A stretch of 64,000 bases of DNA. Source: Chthoniobacterales bacterium. GTDB lineage: Bacteria > Verrucomicrobiota > Verrucomicrobiia > Chthoniobacterales > JACTMZ01. The DNA lies in contig JAGYIO010000002.1 of assembly GCA_018402585.1 (NCBI GenBank), positions 65,341-129,340 of the forward strand, in the 5' to 3' direction. Positions 62,952-64,000 of the stretch are shown piece by piece. Under the pieces are notes generated by a model. That model worked only from the letters and a program-made list of their open reading frames with translations. It was not told where the DNA came from and did not search any database. The position numbers and the translations under genes are program-made. Every line of letters starts with the position of its first letter. Position 1 is the stretch's first letter.

Positions 62952-64000
62952 ATGAGCAAATTGATTTATGCGGCGAGCCCCCGGTCGGCCGACATGCTTT
63001 ACGCCACCGGCTTTCACGCTCCCGATGCCTTTCTTTTCCTCGAGCAGCGGGGACGGAAAACGATCGTGCTTAATGATCTCGAGATCGACCGGGGCCGACG
63101 TGAGGCGGAGGTCGACGAGGTGCTCTCCGCATCCGACCTAGCGCGCGAATTCGGCAGTCACTCGCCCGCGCTGATCGCGGCCGGTCTTTTGCTCCGCCGG
63201 AAAATCCGCCGGGTCGAGGTGCCGGCCGATTTTCCGCTCGCCACGGCCCGCGTGCTGGAAAAAGCGGGTCTGCGCGTGGTGCCACTCGAGGGACTTTTCT
63301 GGCCCGGGCGTGAGTTGAAGGATCGGAATGAGCTGAACGCGATCCGCCGCGCCACCCGTCTGGCCGCGCTCGGGTTGGAACGCGCGGTCGAGGTGCTGCG
63401 GGCCGCCAAGATTGCCCGGTCCGGCCTGCTCCAATGGCAGGGCCAGCCTCTGACCAGCGAAATAGTGCGCGCCGAAGCCGACTCCACCGTGCTCCGCGCG
63501 GGCGGGATCCCGGAGGGCACGATCGTGGCGGGCGGACGGCAAGCGTGCGACCCGCACGAACGCGGGCACGGCCGGTTGCGGGCGCACGAATTGATCATTC
63601 TCGATATTTTTCCACGCGACGCGCGCAGCGGTTATTTCGGCGATCTGACCCGCACGGTGGTGCGCGGCCGGGCCAATGAGGCGCAGCGGCAGCTCTGGGA
63701 AACAGTTTGTGCTGCCCAGCGCAGGGCCATTCGGGCGATCAAACCCCGGGCCAAAGGAGCCGCAGTGCACAAAGCGGTGCAGGAATTTTTCGTTGCCCGC
63801 GGCTATCCCACCGAACGGCGGGACGGACGTTGGACCGGCTTCTTCCACGGCACGGGGCATGGTCTGGGGTTGGATTTGCACGAGGAGCCGCGCCTCGGGG
63901 TGACCACTTTCCGTCCGGGTCAGGTTTTCACGGTCGAGCCGGGTCTTTATTATCCGGAGATTGGCGGCGCCCGGCACGAGGACGTGGTCACAGTGACTGC
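62952..64000 (+). CDS. M24 family Xaa-Pro aminopeptidase, 3' end beyond the window
   Basis: Not in the ORF track because there is no stop in the window. The ATG at 62952 gives MSKLIYAASPRSADMLYATGF. ILDIFPRD..YFGDLTRT, HGTGHGLGLDLHEEP and VEPGLY are metal-ligand motifs of the pita-bread fold. Confidence 0.85.
   Translation, partial: MSKLIYAASPRSADMLYATGFHAPDAFLFLEQRGRKTIVLNDLEIDRGRREAEVDEVLSASDLAREFGSHSPALIAAGLLLRRKIRRVEVPADFPLATARVLEKAGLRVVPLEGLFWPGRELKDRNELNAIRRATRLAALGLERAVEVLRAAKIARSGLLQWQGQPLTSEIVRAEADSTVLRAGGIPEGTIVAGGRQACDPHERGHGRLRAHELIILDIFPRDARSGYFGDLTRTVVRGRANEAQRQLWETVCAAQRRAIRAIKPRAKGAAVHKAVQEFFVARGYPTERRDGRWTGFFHGTGHGLGLDLHEEPRLGVTTFRPGQVFTVEPGLYYPEIGGARHEDVVTVT

Overview
This is a high-GC bacterial chromosomal segment. 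Gene content (exosortase/EpsI locus, prepilin-type proteins, cyo quinol oxidase) and the style of the intergenic repeats suggest a Verrucomicrobiota (Opitutae-like) genome. That taxonomic guess is inference only. All product calls come from motif and family recognition by eye, without any database search.

About 60 protein genes are mostly housekeeping. In window order they are:
- KH protein, rpsP, ffh, purB, then a decayed DUF502 gene and exoD.
- ftsK, a RodZ-like HTH protein and rimO.
- A TPR protein, then a pheA-scpB-scpA-hpf operon, DUF1015 and an NlpC/P60 peptidase.
- A DEDDy exonuclease and tRNA-Arg(CCG) with a possible integrase remnant.
- A cyclophilin and an OYE reductase.
- lpdA, an Fpg/Nei glycosylase, rluE and pdhCBA.
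- cdd, mnmG and gabT.
- A small accessory patch of toxin-antitoxin genes and remnants.
- A dinB-dnaE2 ORF.
- A translationally coupled operon of four glycosyltransferase/sugar-reductase genes followed by exosortase and EpsI.
- yqeY, ispD, cyoABCD and a PQQ sugar dehydrogenase.
- A prepilin-type protein, a Fur-family regulator and a GH1 glycosidase.
- A metal ABC transporter, an alpha/beta hydrolase and a partial M24 peptidase.

The most unusual content is not a classical defence island. Three things stand out:
1. A single 1581-codon ORF covalently joins a catalytically intact DinB-type Y-family polymerase to DnaE2. The junction is built from REP-like hairpins.
2. A 210-bp in-frame tandem duplication of the same hairpin modules sits inside the DnaE2 polymerase.
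3. Several repeat families are scattered through the window. They are GGA-loop hairpins, a 237-bp MITE-like element (2 copies), a ~65-bp palindromic unit (2 copies), and AT-rich or GTTCAG word repeats.

Many long antisense ORFs in the track are high-GC shadow frames and were rejected.
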